Made by a program: the position numbers and the translations under genes. A DNA stretch of 64,000 nucleotides from positions 193,502,001 to 193,566,000 of the forward strand of contig NC_042998.1 in assembly GCF_006345805.1 (NCBI RefSeq), written 5' to 3'. Each line of letters begins with the position of its first letter. Position 1 is the first letter of the stretch. The notes under the pieces were generated by a model that was not told the origin of the DNA, made no database searches, and saw only the letters and a list, made by a program, of their open reading frames with translations. Source of the DNA: Octopus sinensis. Taxonomy: Eukaryota. Below, one piece after another: positions 22,605-37,204 of this stretch.

Positions 22605-23005
22605 CTCTTTTTACTCTTTTACTCTTTTACTTGTTTCAGTCATTTGACTGTGGCCATGCTGGAGCACCGCCTTTAGTCGAGCAAATCGACCCCAGGACTT
22701 AATCTTTGGAAGCCTAGTACTTATTCTATCGGTCTCTTTTGCCGAACCGCTAAGTTACGGCGACGTAAACACACCAGCATCGGTTGTCAAGCGATGTTGG
22801 ACACACAAACACACATACACATATACACATATATATACATACATATATACGACGGGCTTCTTTCAGTTTCCGTCTACCAAATCCACTCATAGTCGGCCCG
22901 AGGCTATAGTAGAATACACTTGCCCAAGGTGCCACGCATTGGGACCGAACCCGGAACCATGTGGTTCGTAAGCAAGCTACTTACCACACAGCCACTCCTA
23001 CGCCT
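22605..23005 (-). mobile_element. SINE-A, full length
   Basis: (CTCTTTTA)n tail through to ACAGCCACTCCTACGCCT. Confidence 0.93.
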
Positions 23006-23418
23006 ATATGTATAATAATAATACATTGAGACAACCTTATCAAATAACTCTAATATGCAATGAACTACAAGGTGTACGTATGATAGCTAGCATAATTTGG
23101 TGAACTGCGACAAGAAGAATAAAATAACCAAATCCCTTGCCAGAATTTATAACTAAGTAATAATTGTAACTATAACTCAAATAAGGAACTCATTACCGTT
23201 CCAAACCTGAATCTGCTATCAGTATAAAGGACTGGAGACGTAATTTAGTACAAAGTATATCATAAAAGGCCTGTATATAATGAACCCAAATTAATTTGGT
23301 CTGATTACATGCAAGTTTGCAAATTACTTTTAGGAAATGGTAATCAAAGCATTTTACTGTAGAATCATTTCTATAGAAGTTCACGTTGCATACAACATTC
23401 TGATCAGATCGCTTTCTG

Positions 23419-23458
<40 letters not shown>

Positions 23459-23671
23459 GCTCTTTTACTCACCTTGCTACATCTCTCTTTCTTTCTTCCT
23501 CTCTTTCTTGCATTCGCATGAAGGCACGAGAGAGCGCATGCGCACACAGACACATACTTATTGCACCTACTTGCTGTTCACACACAAATACAAAACAATG
23601 TGCAAAACCTAGAATCATGAATGAATGGGAAATTGTTCACATGCAGATGCATATACACACGCGCTCACAGC

Positions 23672-23672
<1 letters not shown>

Positions 23673-23716
<44 letters not shown>

Positions 23717-23751
23717 GAGATTGATAGATAGATAGGCAGACAGATAGATAG

Positions 23752-23824
<73 letters not shown>

Positions 23825-23826
23825 TG

Positions 23827-23906
<80 letters not shown>

Positions 23907-23930
23907 CAGACGACAGATAGATAGATAGAT
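23673..23930. repeat. (GATA)n array
   Basis: Direct periodicity. Confidence 0.97.
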
Positions 23931-24118
23931 GCACACATACATGCATACATACAACATATATACGTAGAAACGCACACACATATTTGTATACGTATATACA
24001 TAGATATATTTATACATATATATACATGTATACATTAATTTTTCTGTACAGTTAGCTATATATGGCTAATTATATACATGCAATGTATATATATAAATGT
24101 GTGTGTATACGTGTTATA

Positions 24119-24150
<32 letters not shown>

Positions 24151-24172
24151 CATATACATATACATATATATC

Positions 24173-24205
<33 letters not shown>

Positions 24206-24219
24206 GATATATATATATC

Positions 24220-24255
<36 letters not shown>

Positions 24256-25118
24256 CATATATATATGTATATATATATATATGTACTGTGTGTATACCTA
24301 ATTCATATAAACATATTGCTAACTATAAACATAAACATAAAAAGTCGGTTAAAAGCATGTGTGTGTATGTGTGTGTCTGTGTGTGTGTCTGTGTGTACAT
24401 GTGCGTGTGTGTGTGTGTGTGTGTGCGTGCAGTGTAAAGAGAAAGTGAAGGAGCCTGAGCGATACACAATGTATTAAAAAGGAACGTAGGAACACCTCGT
24501 AGATAGAACATCCAAAACGAGGCTTATTATATCCAATTTACTTTACGTAATAATTCACTGCTGAAGCAATTGTATAAACGGCATTGAAACGAACTGAGGA
24601 AGGTATGATATGAACAAATACAAGCCGAGTGCAACAATTGATTTATAAAATGTAAAAACAGAAAATATTTATCATGAAGGCGGCGAAACATGTTCGGATG
24701 TTATAGCAGAGTATTCGTTGCAGGAACAATACATGGTAATAATCACCACAATACATAGCTTCATAGAACTTCATATATATATATATATAATATATATATA
24801 TATATCCTAATCTCCATGTTATGTTAGTCATTATCTCGTATGCCATTATCTTCATGTGGGATGAATAAACGTTTTTGATACCAGCTTAATTGCATAAAAG
24901 ACAGGAAATATGCAACAATGGTTGAACTACATGCATGCATGCCTGCAATTCTCTTCTTCCACCACTACCCCCACCCCCACCCCCACCCCCACCCCACATG
25001 CGCACTCACAGACTCACCCTCTGTCTGTCTCTCCCTGCTTCGTTCTTGTTCTTGCTGCGGTATGGCTATGTTTTTATGCTTACGGAGCGCGCGTGCCAAC
25101 ACACACACACACACACAC

Positions 25119-25159
<41 letters not shown>

Positions 25160-25192
<33 letters not shown>

Positions 25193-25336
25193 GATATATA
25201 TATATACATATATACATATATATATATATGATGTATATATATATTATGTATTTACTATTATATATATATATTTACTCTTTACTATTACGTCGATTTATAT
25301 ATATAAAACGACGTAATAGTAAATTTAACTATATAT

Positions 25337-25386
<50 letters not shown>

Positions 25387-25523
25387 GATATATATATATA
25401 CATATATACATATATATATATATGATGTATATATATATTTATGTATTTACTATTATATATATATATTTACTCTTACTATTACGTCGATTTATATATATAA
25501 AACGACGTAATAGTAAATTTAAC

Positions 25524-25547
<24 letters not shown>
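25160..25547. repeat. ~194-bp tandem duplication within (TA)n, each unit holding a 46-bp palindrome
   Basis: TTTACTATTACGTCG ATTTATATATATAAAA CGACGTAATAGTAAA at 25278-25323 and ~25473-25517. Confidence 0.9.
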
Positions 25548-25728
<181 letters not shown>

Positions 25729-26538
25729 GAACATATACATATGGACATAATCTAAACTTCCCCGAATAACAGGAATTGGGTTTTCGTTAACTTGGCAAAA
25801 CATCAAAGAAGAAAATAAAGGAGCATAAACAACAGAAATGCAAAGTTTATATTATTATTTTAACGCTGAAAGGAAGAAAAAGAATTAAGAATCTTTTGTT
25901 TCGGATAGTAGTCCTTCGCCAAAGAATAGCGAAAAAAGACGAAGAAAGAGAAATTAGAGGGAGAAAGAATTCCACGGAATATAATTATATTATGTGGGCT
26001 AATGTGAAGGCACAGTCTTATCGTAGTACCAAATTAACTAAGCATGGAATTTCCTTCCGAATGCATTTTTAGCATATACTTGCGCGTCTGTGAGGGCGCG
26101 TGTCTTTATATGTAACAATCACGACGAAGTTATATAATTCAGAAGTACACGTAGTCAACTAAAGGAACTCCAATTGTACTATTGAATGGTACTATTTTAA
26201 CAATCTCCCACAAACAAAAGAGTTGCCAGGAGATTCAAACTTAATATTAAATGAACAGGGTATTTTTCCCTAGAATATGAGCGAATGTTAATAACTGGTT
26301 TTAGCCCCGTGGTAATCGCTGGATCTACTCAGATGAATAGCCAGAGCGTACATATATACTTTTTTTATTTGAGTCAACAGAAAGTTACAAAAATGACTCA
26401 AAGGCCGTGAGTATCGTACAAAGACACTTATCAAAAAGTGTGTGTATGTGTGTGAGAGAGATACAGAGAGAGAGGGAGGGAGAGAGTAAGTGAGTGAGTG
26501 AGTGAATGAGTGTGTGAGTTAATATGTCATTCTTTATA

Positions 26539-26771
26539 CCTATTTCTTTACTACTCACAAGGGGCTAAACACAGAGGGGACAAACAAGGACTGACAAACG
26601 GATTAAGTCGATTACATCAACCCAGTGCGTAACTGGTACTTAATTTATCGACCTCAAAAGGATGAAAGGCAAAGTCGACCTCGGCGGAATTTGAACCCAG
26701 AACGTAACGGCAGACAAAATACGGCTACGCATTTCGCCCGGCGTGCTAACGTTTCTGCCAACTCGCCGCCT
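26539..26771 (-). mobile_element. SINE-B with 16-bp TSD
   Basis: TSD TATGTCATTCTTTATA at 26523-26538 and 26772-26787. Confidence 0.95.
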
Positions 26772-28136
26772 TATGTCATTCTTTATATATCTGAACTATC
26801 CGTCCCATGAAAACTTATGATCAATTGTATCCCAACCGTGACCATACCGTTTATAATTGATACAATCCTATTTGCGTTTCTGTAATCCAATGTTTCATAC
26901 TTTTCTAAGAGGAATGAAGGTATTTGCCTACACTTTCTAGCTGGTCGAGTGACGCGTTGTGTTTCGTCAATTACATTTGTTGTTGCTTTTATTGTAATCG
27001 TTGTTGTCGTTCTTTTTTTGTAGCCCGAAGTCAATTCAAATCTGACAAACCTATAATAAAAGATATTCCAACCATGGCCAGCCTGTCTTTTCAGCAGTAT
27101 ATAGAACATTTTTCAATGTGTTTTCCCCTTTTTTATGATAGTGAGGGTAATGAGCGGGATTTGACCGCTATGTCTAGCAATCGGAGAGCTCCATGTGGAA
27201 GCCACCTTCTTTGTCTACTCCTATGCAGTTGCGTTGAGGGTATTCGATGTACCAAGCATTACTCTAGTTTTCTACCTATTCCATTATCTTTATCACCAAT
27301 CATCACTCTATGAATAAGATATAAATAAGTATTGATTATTGTCACTATTTAAATACTTTCGCGGTATGGGCTCCAACAATATGAATACACCGAATATCGC
27401 TTTACGTCATTGATGCTTTGTCTTTGATTTTTAGCATTCATTTCCTTTGATGCATCGGACTGACACTGCAAACACAAACGAGGGACAAAATTGTTTCCAT
27501 TATTAATAATCTTACTACTTAATCTCATTGTCTTAATTGTGTAATTCTGATATGTTAGATGTGTTTTGTAACTTGTTTACAAACCGTTTCTTGTTCATAT
27601 TTACACAGCAGCTATCAGTTCCTTTTAAAAATCTATTCTGATGAGCTTCACCGTGACACGGATGGAAATACTTAATCAGCCATAAATATGGTGAAATCAT
27701 TTTAATTGTTAAAAGTTTAAATTTAGTAACACTTGTGCTTAAATATTTTATTTTTGCTTCACTGTTTACTCTCTGTTTCGATTTTTTGTTTGTTTCTCTA
27801 AAGCTATTTATCAAATGATAATTAACAAATATACCATTTCATTAGGAACAGCTTTCAAAAATATATACATAAGAAAATATATATTTAAGAAAACCATCAA
27901 TATGGTCACACAACCTACTAGAGATAGCTACTAAATCTCTTTGAACCATACCTTATTGTCTTAAATAAAGATAGGTGCATCTATTAATGTAGTCCCTGGT
28001 ATACAAGCAAAAATAATAATATGGCGCCGGCTAGAAAGCATTTTATAATTGAGTTGGCCTGGACTTGAACTATCACAAAATGTACAAGTACAAAGAAGAT
28101 CCCAGAATGAACGATTGCAACTCACTATTCTTCATA

Positions 28137-28551
28137 CTCTTTACTCTTTTACTCTTTTACTTGTTTCAGTCATTAGACTGCAGCCATGCTGGAGCACCGC
28201 CTTTAGTCGAGCAAATCGACCCCAGGACTTATTCTTTGTAAGCCTAGTACTTATTTTATCGGTCTCTTTTGCCGAACCGCTAAGTTACGGGGACGTAAAC
28301 ACACCAGCATCGGTTGTCAAGCGATGTTGGGAGGACAAACGCAGACACACAAACACACACATACATATATATGTATATACATATATACGACGGGTTTCTT
28401 TCAGTTTCCGTCTACCAAATCCACTCCCAAGGCTTTGGTCGGCCCGAGGCTATAGTAGAAGACACTTGCACAAGGTGCCACGAAGTGGGTCTGAACCCAG
28501 GACTATGTGGTTGGTAAGCAAGCTACTTATCACACAGCCACTCCTACGCCT
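28137..28551 (-). mobile_element. SINE-A, full length
   Basis: Aligns end to end with 22605-23005. Confidence 0.93.
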
Positions 28552-28949
28552 ATGACACATGAACTTCATATTACTTAACATTTTATTAACTATTTTATAC
28601 TGACATTAGTTTAGGTTTTAGAATAGTGTTAATTGCATGGGAAGTGCTTATCATTCGCATCTATACATTTCATAGAGCGAGATTATTTCATCAAGGGAGG
28701 TAAAAAATAATGAATTCATGTCTAATGAGAATGATTGACTGATTGGTTAAGGAAGGAATAAATGAATAAAGAAATAAACTGCTGAACGAAGGAAGGAACT
28801 GGGGAAGAAGCAAGGATGAAAGGATGAAAGGAAAAAAGAAAAGGGGGAAGGAAAGGGTTGAATAAATGGAGCAATGAATGGCCATTGGCATGAATGAATG
28901 AGTGAGCGAATGATGGAATGAATGAATCAATGAAACATTATTATGCCAC

Positions 28950-29327
<378 letters not shown>

Positions 29328-30321
29328 TGTTTAAAATGAGAAAAAACTGAACAGTGAGACTGGTGTCAATAGATTATAGTCCAAAGAAGGCAGAGGACAA
29401 GCAGTGGACAGCAGAAGGACAAAATGTATTGTGTTCGGTTACGCCTCTTTACATTCTACATTCGAATTCCTCTGCGACTGGTGTTGCCACCAGTAAAAAT
29501 AAATACTAAAAATATACTAGGAATCAATTGAATCGACCAATTCCCTTTCCTATAAATGCATGGCTTTATGCCAATATTACAATTTTATAGATTATAGTTC
29601 AAAGAACGAAGAATGGTAGCTTTGAAGTCAATAGAACAGAGATCACAGAATTGGAAATGCTCATCATGTCATTTTAAGATATCGACATTCTGTCCTCTCA
29701 CCCTTCTAATATTTGATTTCTGGTCAGTTAATGAAGGGCTTTCAGTCCTACGATTCATACTAAGATTATATCGTCCGTACTGTTAGCAGTTTCTGTAACC
29801 AAGCAACCGGCACTTTGTTCCCTTGGCTGTTGTGAATCATGTAGTGAAGTATATAGTGTAATGAATAATTTGTAACATATAATTTAGCCTAGCAGCCATA
29901 ACATCCTAGTTTCAGTTAGCAATATAAAAACAGAATCGCTGTACATACCACAGTTGCTACATTACACTTACACCTCGCCCCGCAGAAGATAAACTTGCTG
30001 CAAATGCTATGCTAGACTTCATAATGGTTGACGATATTTCATGCAAACCAAAACTGCATCCTAAAGATCAAGCTTTGTCTTCACAGCAAGAGTATATTTC
30101 AGATTTGAACAAATGATTGCAACCTCCTTCTAGAAATTAGTGCGAACTGCATTAGATTGCAACCTATCTGTATGGGACGATGCATCTGCTAGGCATAAAC
30201 AAGACTAGCTGTAATGAAAGCTATCCATTTAATTTGAAACTTAGAGCATTTTGTTTCAATCATTAGGACCAAAGCCACAGTTCTCTTTCCAATAAGGTTT
30301 TACCTACTCATATTAACCTGT

Positions 30322-30706
30322 GTGGAGGCGCAATGGCCCAGTGGTTAGGGCAGCGGACTCGCGGTCGTAGGATCGCGGTTTCGATTCCCAGACCGGGTTG
30401 TGAGTGTTTATTGAGCGAAAACACCTAAAAGCTCCACGATGCTCCGGCAGGGGATGGTGGTGATCCCTGCTGTACTCTTTCACCACAACTTTCTCTCACT
30501 CTTACTTCCTGTTTCTGTTGTACCTGTATTTCAAAAGGCCGGCCTTGTCACTCTCTGTGTCACGCTGAATATCCCCGAGAACTACGTTAAGGGTACACGT
30601 GTCTGTGGAGTGCTCAGCCACTTACACGTTAATTTCACGAGCAGGCTGTTCCGTTGGTCGGATCAATCGGAACCCTCATCGTCGTAACCGACGGAGTGCT
30701 TCCATC
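30322..30706 (+). mobile_element. SINE-C (tRNA-derived, GTGGAGGCGCAATGGCCCAGTGG head), full length with 10-bp TSD
   Basis: A box TGGCCCAGTGG and B box GTTTCGATTCC. TSD ATTAACCTGT at 30312-30321 and 30707-30716. Confidence 0.92.
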
Positions 30707-31294
30707 ATTAACCTGTAGATGTCTACGCTTGGCTAGATGGGTCCCACCAGTTTAGGAAGACTTTGAAAGGTGATGGCGCTTCTGTTCCTTCTGTGATTAA
30801 TTTCTCTCTGTCTCTTCTACCATTATTAACAGCTTCTAGCTAGTTGTGCTGTGCTTTTGCTCTGCCCATAGCCACTTGAAGTACGCATTTCCCTTCCCTT
30901 TGCCATCAATATCAAGTCTCCTGCTAAATTTTCTTTTCTCTTGAGTTACAACACTTAACATCGATGCAGCTGATGTACAATATTGCTGTACTCCCCTAAC
31001 TCAGACTATATTATGTAATGGTATTCTTAATCATATTTGAAATAATCTTTGAATTTCTTGCTTTTATAAACCTCTTATTAACAATCTATTATTCATTATT
31101 CTTATTTATAGTTTTCTAAAATGTGATATTAGCCTCTGCTCCTCTCGACCAACAAGACTTCGTCATTGAAATTTATTCGCTTTACTAGTTTCTATGCTTC
31201 AGTACTTCACATGCACCAATAGATCTCGCACTAAACAAGCCCTCATAATCATATTAACCGAGTTGTGATTCCTTCTGCAACTGCTTCCTTGCAG

Positions 31295-31359
31295 ACATCG
31301 ATCTATGAAGACTTCAAACGATCAAAGGAAATGTCAACGCTAATGTTTTCCTTAGGCAG
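31295..31359 (+). CDS. Candidate isolated internal exon (65 nt) of an unidentified host gene
   Basis: Acceptor TTCCTTCTGCAACTGCTTCCTTGCAG and donor CAG|GTAAGA. One open frame: TSIYEDFKRSKEMSTLMFSLG. No homology recognised and no compatible neighbouring exon found. Confidence 0.25.
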
Positions 31360-32647
31360 GTAAGACAGACGTACGTACTGATCGCAGAGAAGGGCTGTCT
31401 GGCTAATAGATTTTACAAACTACTAAACTTGATATATCATTAAAACATATAGCAAAGCAGGAGATAACATATACTGTAGACGTACTAGAAATCTTGATTC
31501 ATAACATTTATAGCCCCACAGATGAGAACGGTCATTATCGAAATTATAAATATTTTCAAAAATTGTGGTAAAGACAATTAGGGTTCCAACTAAGTTTATT
31601 TAAATAACCTATTGTTAGTTTCATTTTTAGCAGTACAATAACAATTCCGAACATGTTTCAGTATTCTTTGATCTTAACAGGAATGGTTTTCTCCGTTGTT
31701 TTTCTTAATTAGAGTCAGTCGTCAGGATAATTGTATTTTCGTCGCTGGTGTAGCCAGTATCACCAAATCTGAGAACAGCCAGGGATGATATAAGATTTTA
31801 GTGTATGCAATTAGAGTGGCGTGATAACTCAGACAGAATGACTGGAAATAAATATTCAAAGCAAGTGTCCCTGGTGCATCAAATACAAATAATAAAATGT
31901 ATGCTAACATGATGTAGCTAGCAAACAAGCTTTAACGAAAATCAGTCACTGCTCTAACCATTCTTTAAAGTCGTCACATCAGTCAGTGTTTATTCCATAA
32001 ACGTTTTTTTTTTTTTTGTTATCTTAAGTCTAGTAGTACCAGTCAGACGATACTTCTATACCTCACAAAGGAGATCTAATAAGGCGGAAACGTGTCTATA
32101 ATTGTCATCGTACTTCAAAAGGTCAGACCAACTTCGCACAGTTTTGCATGTGTGTGTGTGTGTGCGTGTGTGAGCGTACAATTTTGAAATTACCATCTCA
32201 ATCATTAAAATAATATTTTTTCACCGCTATAGCTGTAATCGTGTTTCATTAAAACTTCTTAGCACACTACATTAAGTATGGTAGCTCCTACTTTTATGTA
32301 TTTGCTATAACCAACGTTGCTGGGTTTTTTAAAACAGCCATTCTACCAGTATCAAGTACAAGTAACATGCATATAGTAGTATATACACGTTAATCAAGTG
32401 GTAGTTAAACCATCAGGCCATTGCTGGAAAGTTTCGCTTTAATTAGATCTTGTATAGACAATGTATAACAGCAATGGGTACTCTGGATAGAGACAAGAGC
32501 TTCTTCATAATTTACCGATCCTTGCTAACCTATATGTAGACGATCTTATCATGTAGCGGCCTCGAATTCATTAAAGATCATAAGACGTTTGCATTTTTCA
32601 TTACACGTACCAAATCTATGTAAAATATCTGTGTGCACGCATGTATG

Positions 32648-33066
32648 GGATCTTTTCGGTTTGAACGGCAGTTTTTAACATAATTTCTAGGTAACTAAAA
32701 AATTTTAAATTTCGTATACTAGTAGAATGTGTTTATAAAACATATTTTTCTCTTGGCTTTATTGAGAAAATTCTATAGTTTGTAAGATATTTGTTGTTGG
32801 TTTTTCTTCAATTTCTGCAATTTCAACCAATCAATGAAGTCTATTGAGGTAAAAACATTCTGTGCCGTATGAATATGTCCCTCGTTTAAGATTGGGTTTA
32901 TTTACATTTGTGAAGAAAAAAGATACCCTTCCCCCACCCCTAACCCTAACTAACCCTAACTCTAAAACAGATTGAAATGCAATAGATCGATACTAGGGTC
33001 ATAATTATGGGTGACAATTTCATATGACACCACTAGAAAAAACTGCCGTTCAAACCGAAAAGATCC
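32648..33066 (+). mobile_element. Merlin-like MITE (419 bp)
   Basis: TIR GGATCTTTTCGGTTTGAACGGCAGTTTTT. Perfect 8-bp TSD CATGTATG. Internal CCCTAA repeats at ~32938-32965. Confidence 0.9.
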
Positions 33067-34121
33067 CATGTATGTGTATGAGCATGTGTAATGCTAATTT
33101 GTTGTTTTGTTTTTACTACATTCTTAACCATCCGCTCCAACTATCATTCTTGAAGTTTATGAAAAATATTAAAACCAAATTAGATTAAAATAAATCAATT
33201 CTTGGCTTTCCGTTTACTTGCTAAACGTTAAATTATATTTGAAGACATTTACGTTTGTAGAACAGGAGATTAAACAAACACCACCTCTATTCTAAACGCC
33301 TGCATTTCTTTAGATCGAAAATTATCATTGGGTAAACTTGAATGGGTGGTGTTAAATATCGCGGTTTCTTCAGAAGAAGAGAAGCTTTCACTGACAGTTT
33401 TATTCAGCTGACAAAGAACTCGTAGAATCTGGTGAATGTAATTGGATTAAAACGAAAGATTAGTTATCCATAAAAATATATTACTTAGAGGAAAGTATAG
33501 AAACCTTACATCGAGAATGAAACAGATAAATATATAGACATTATAGAAACTGTATCTGTTAATTGAAAGCAAATAATTCGACACTTTCTAAACATGGTAT
33601 TCAAGAAAAGGATTTTCCCTTTCAGCTAGAATTTGAAGCTGATAAAACTCCTTCGATAGACAAATTTCCTGATAGACAAATTTCAATATTCGCCAACTAT
33701 CTATATTCAGACAATAACTATTGCGTTTCTCCTTGCAGGATTCACTAATGTATATTAGTTGTACACCCACGGAAATGGTTGGCGGAACAAGTAAATCATT
33801 GAACAAAATTTAGTTAAGTCACTTTAGTTGTAAAATCAACATCGCCTTTCATCCATCCGGGTTAAGTTAATGTGAAGTACAAATACTCCTTTACAAGACA
33901 AACACAATGGTAACACAATAAGAGAAGAGCGACAAGCTATTAGTTACAAGCTATAACTTGTTGAATTTGCTAAGCAACCTAGCAACCGGGTGGCTGTACG
34001 ATAGTATGGACTTACATTAACTAAAATAAGATATTATTTATGAATGGTAAATCCAGGAAGGATGTTAAAGAAAACGGTGAAGTAGAAAGGAAAAACAGGA
34101 ATTTTGTTTAAAAGGAACAAT

Positions 34122-34396
34122 GGATCTTTTCGGTTCGAACGGCAGTTTTTTTTAATAATTTCCACGTAACTAAACACTTTTAAACTTCGTATACTGCCGT
34201 ATGAATATGTCCCTCGTTTAAGAAACAGATTGGGTTTATTTACCTTTGTGAAGAAAAAAAAGATACCCTTCCCCCACCCGTAACCCTAACCCTAAAACAG
34301 ATTGAAATGCAATAGATCGATATTAGGGTCATAATTATGGGTGACAATTTCATATGACACCGCTAAAAAGAACTGCTGGTCAAACCGAAAAGATCC
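34122..34396 (+). mobile_element. Merlin-like MITE, internally deleted (275 bp)
   Basis: Same TIRs. Perfect 8-bp TSD GGAACAAT. Confidence 0.9.
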
Positions 34397-35339
34397 GGAA
34401 CAATATCTCCACAACAAGTAGAAGCTATAGAATAATGGATGCACAAAGAACAAAGTACGACCTGTTCAGTTTCAATAAAGGTCATATGTGAAGCAAGGAG
34501 ATTGGTAGAAAAGGGGGAACAAACAACCAGATGAGTTTGTCGGATGTTCATGTTTGTCGATCAATTTATGAAGATGGGATGACGCAATCATGAATGTAAA
34601 GACAAGATTTACACAGAAGATGGCTAATTCATAAATACAAGATTAATACTGTAAAAAGAATAGATTGTGAACCAGCTCAAATAATAGTCAATATGGAGGA
34701 GGTTTTGTTAATATTTGATATGCTGTTGAAACAATAAGGTACAAAGATGGTGACTCTAAGAATAACCCGGGTATGAAAACTTGACTATATTGTTATTTTG
34801 GCGCGCAAAGGGCACAAAGTTTCTGTTTTTTGCTAATTTTTAAATAATAAAATAAGAAATATCCGATTAGATAATCCTCTCCTTTTTAGTATTTTTTTCT
34901 TGTTCACTTCTACTGCATGTTCTTGATAGATGAAGAGAAATATTTTATAATGTGCTCATAAATCTATAAATTCCGTTTTTTGCTTCAAAGCTATATCTTG
35001 CTAATTATAGAATGCACCTCATACGCCGGATAAAACGATAATCAACATTTTTATAATTGCATTTAGGTTCGTTAAGATATGGTCTATTGATCGAGTACAT
35101 GAATGATATTTCAGTGTTAAAAATATGTTGCAAAACCTGAGACAATGAGAAAGCTTTTACATGGTCGCTTGAAATGCTAGTAATAACCAGATCCCTTAAA
35201 TTTCACACTACCGTCTTTTAAAAAAAATAGGCCAAACTGGATAAAGTAGTCCAGAGTACACTTTGACTGAAAAAATGGCGAGACGGTTGGTCCTTTCGAT
35301 GAAACTTAGAGTGAGGAAATATCATATACTGTTTTTAAG

Positions 35340-35767
35340 GGATCTTTTCGGTTTGAACGGCAGTTTTTTTTTTAAATAATTTCCACGTAACTAAGCACTT
35401 TTAAACTTCGTATACTGGTAGAATGTGTTTATAAAACATCTTTTTCTCTTGGCTTTATTGAGAAAATTCTATGGTTTGTAAGATATTTGTTGTGTTTTTT
35501 TCTTCAATTTCTGCAATTTCAACCAATCAATGACGTCTATTGAGGTGAAAACATTCTGTGCCGTATGAATATGTCTCTCGCTTAAGAAACAGATTGGGTT
35601 TATTTACATTTCTGAAGAAAAAAAGATACTCCCCCCCCCCACACACACACCTAACCCTAACCCTAAAACAGATTGAAATGCAATAGATCGATACTAGGGT
35701 CATAATTATGGGTGAAAATTTCATATGGCACCGCTAGAAAACACTGCCGGTCAAACCGAAAAGATCC
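35340..35767 (+). mobile_element. Merlin-like MITE (428 bp)
   Basis: Same TIRs. TSD TTTTTAAG / TTTTAAAG (7 of 8 match). Confidence 0.88.
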
Positions 35768-36343
35768 TTTTAAAGTTTAAGCTTATCATAACAGACGGCA
35801 TTTAATTCATATCTGATTGCTGATATATTATGTATTTAAAGACGAATAAAGCATTCATGTCTATAACAGTACCTTCGCAAATATATATATAAACTGGTAT
35901 GGAATGTAATTAGCACTTATTCGTTTATTCCGTATATATTGATGAAGCATATGAAATGTGTGCGGATATCTTTGAAGACATTGGGTGAACAATTTAAACT
36001 AAAATCCATATGAATTCATTGAGCGTGATATAGGTTGCGTGTTAAATTGGTTTGTTTTTGCCAACTTATCAAACTATCGAAGTGGATATATCAAAGTGAA
36101 TATATTTGTGATTGCTCGTTCTCTTTTGTATTTTACTAAGAATATGATAAGACCATCTGAAAATGGATGCATTTCTGAACCAATGAGAGAATGCTAGAAC
36201 AATTCCGAGACTTAATTTTGACATAAGTGAATAGTCATGCATACAAAGCAATAGAACTCGTTCGACTTCATGACAATGAAATGCAAATGAAGTATACATT
36301 GGAAACAGTAAGTTCAATAAAGTTTAGCAATATTTAGGTCTCA

Positions 36344-36715
36344 TCTCTCTATATATAAACGGCAGTTTGTCTGTGTGTGTTTCTGTGTGTCTGTTAGGTT
36401 GTACCCTCACCCTGACCACGGCTTTCAACCGATTCTGATGAAACTTGACACACACATAGCCCAATGTCATAATTCAAAACTAACGCAGCGAAAATTTTGA
36501 AAAGTTCCCCCAGTTCTGAAAAAAATCGATAAATTCGACATGGGGTCGAGAATCAGAAACACAAACCACAGACTGTCTAGGGGACGCAACTCGACCTTTT
36601 TAACTCTCAAAAAAATTTACCATCATTTTTTTTCCATTTTTTGGCTATAACTCTCTAAAAATGCTTTATAGTTATTTCCCTTACAAACCCGAGCAACGCC
36701 GGGCGATACTGCTAG
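36344..36715 (+). mobile_element. Non-autonomous Helitron (372 bp)
   Basis: Inserted between A and T with no TSD. 5' TCTCTCTATATATAAA, subterminal hairpin CCCGAGCAACGCCGGG (36688-36703), 3' CTAG, internal ACCGATTCTGATGAAACTT. Confidence 0.85.
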
Positions 36716-36891
36716 TATAGCTATAAATCGAGCAGACCAGTGACTGGCTGACGAATCCACTTCACTCATCTGTCATTAGAAATGAAATTTCACGGAGAGA
36801 TAATGTTTTTTTTTAAATAATATAACTGCATTTACTTCTGAATGCATATGTATATGCAAGTGTATATCTGTATACATACATGCATATAAAT

Positions 36892-36933
<42 letters not shown>

Positions 36934-36936
36934 TTA

Positions 36937-37167
36937 CTCTTTACTCTTTACTCTTATACTTGTTTCAGTCATTTCACTGCGACTATGCTGGAGCACCACC
37001 TTTAGTCGAGCAAATCGACCCCGGGACTTATTCTTTGCAAGCCTAGTACTTATTCTACCGGTCTCTTTCGCCGAACCGCTAAGTTACGGGGACGTAAACA
37101 CACCAGCTTTGATTATCAAGCGATGTTGGGGGGACAAACACAGACACACAAACACACACACACATAT

Positions 37168-37204
<37 letters not shown>

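Noticed and set aside
32938-32965. Interstitial telomere or chromosome-fusion scar
   Set aside because: The repeats are internal to a MITE and present in all four copies.
33739-33790. Other small exon candidates (33739-33790 +, 46727-46765 +, ~58881-58920 +, ~15495-15520 -)
   Set aside because: Short open frames with middling splice sites. The plus-strand ones are phase-incompatible with 31295-31359, and such matches are expected by chance.
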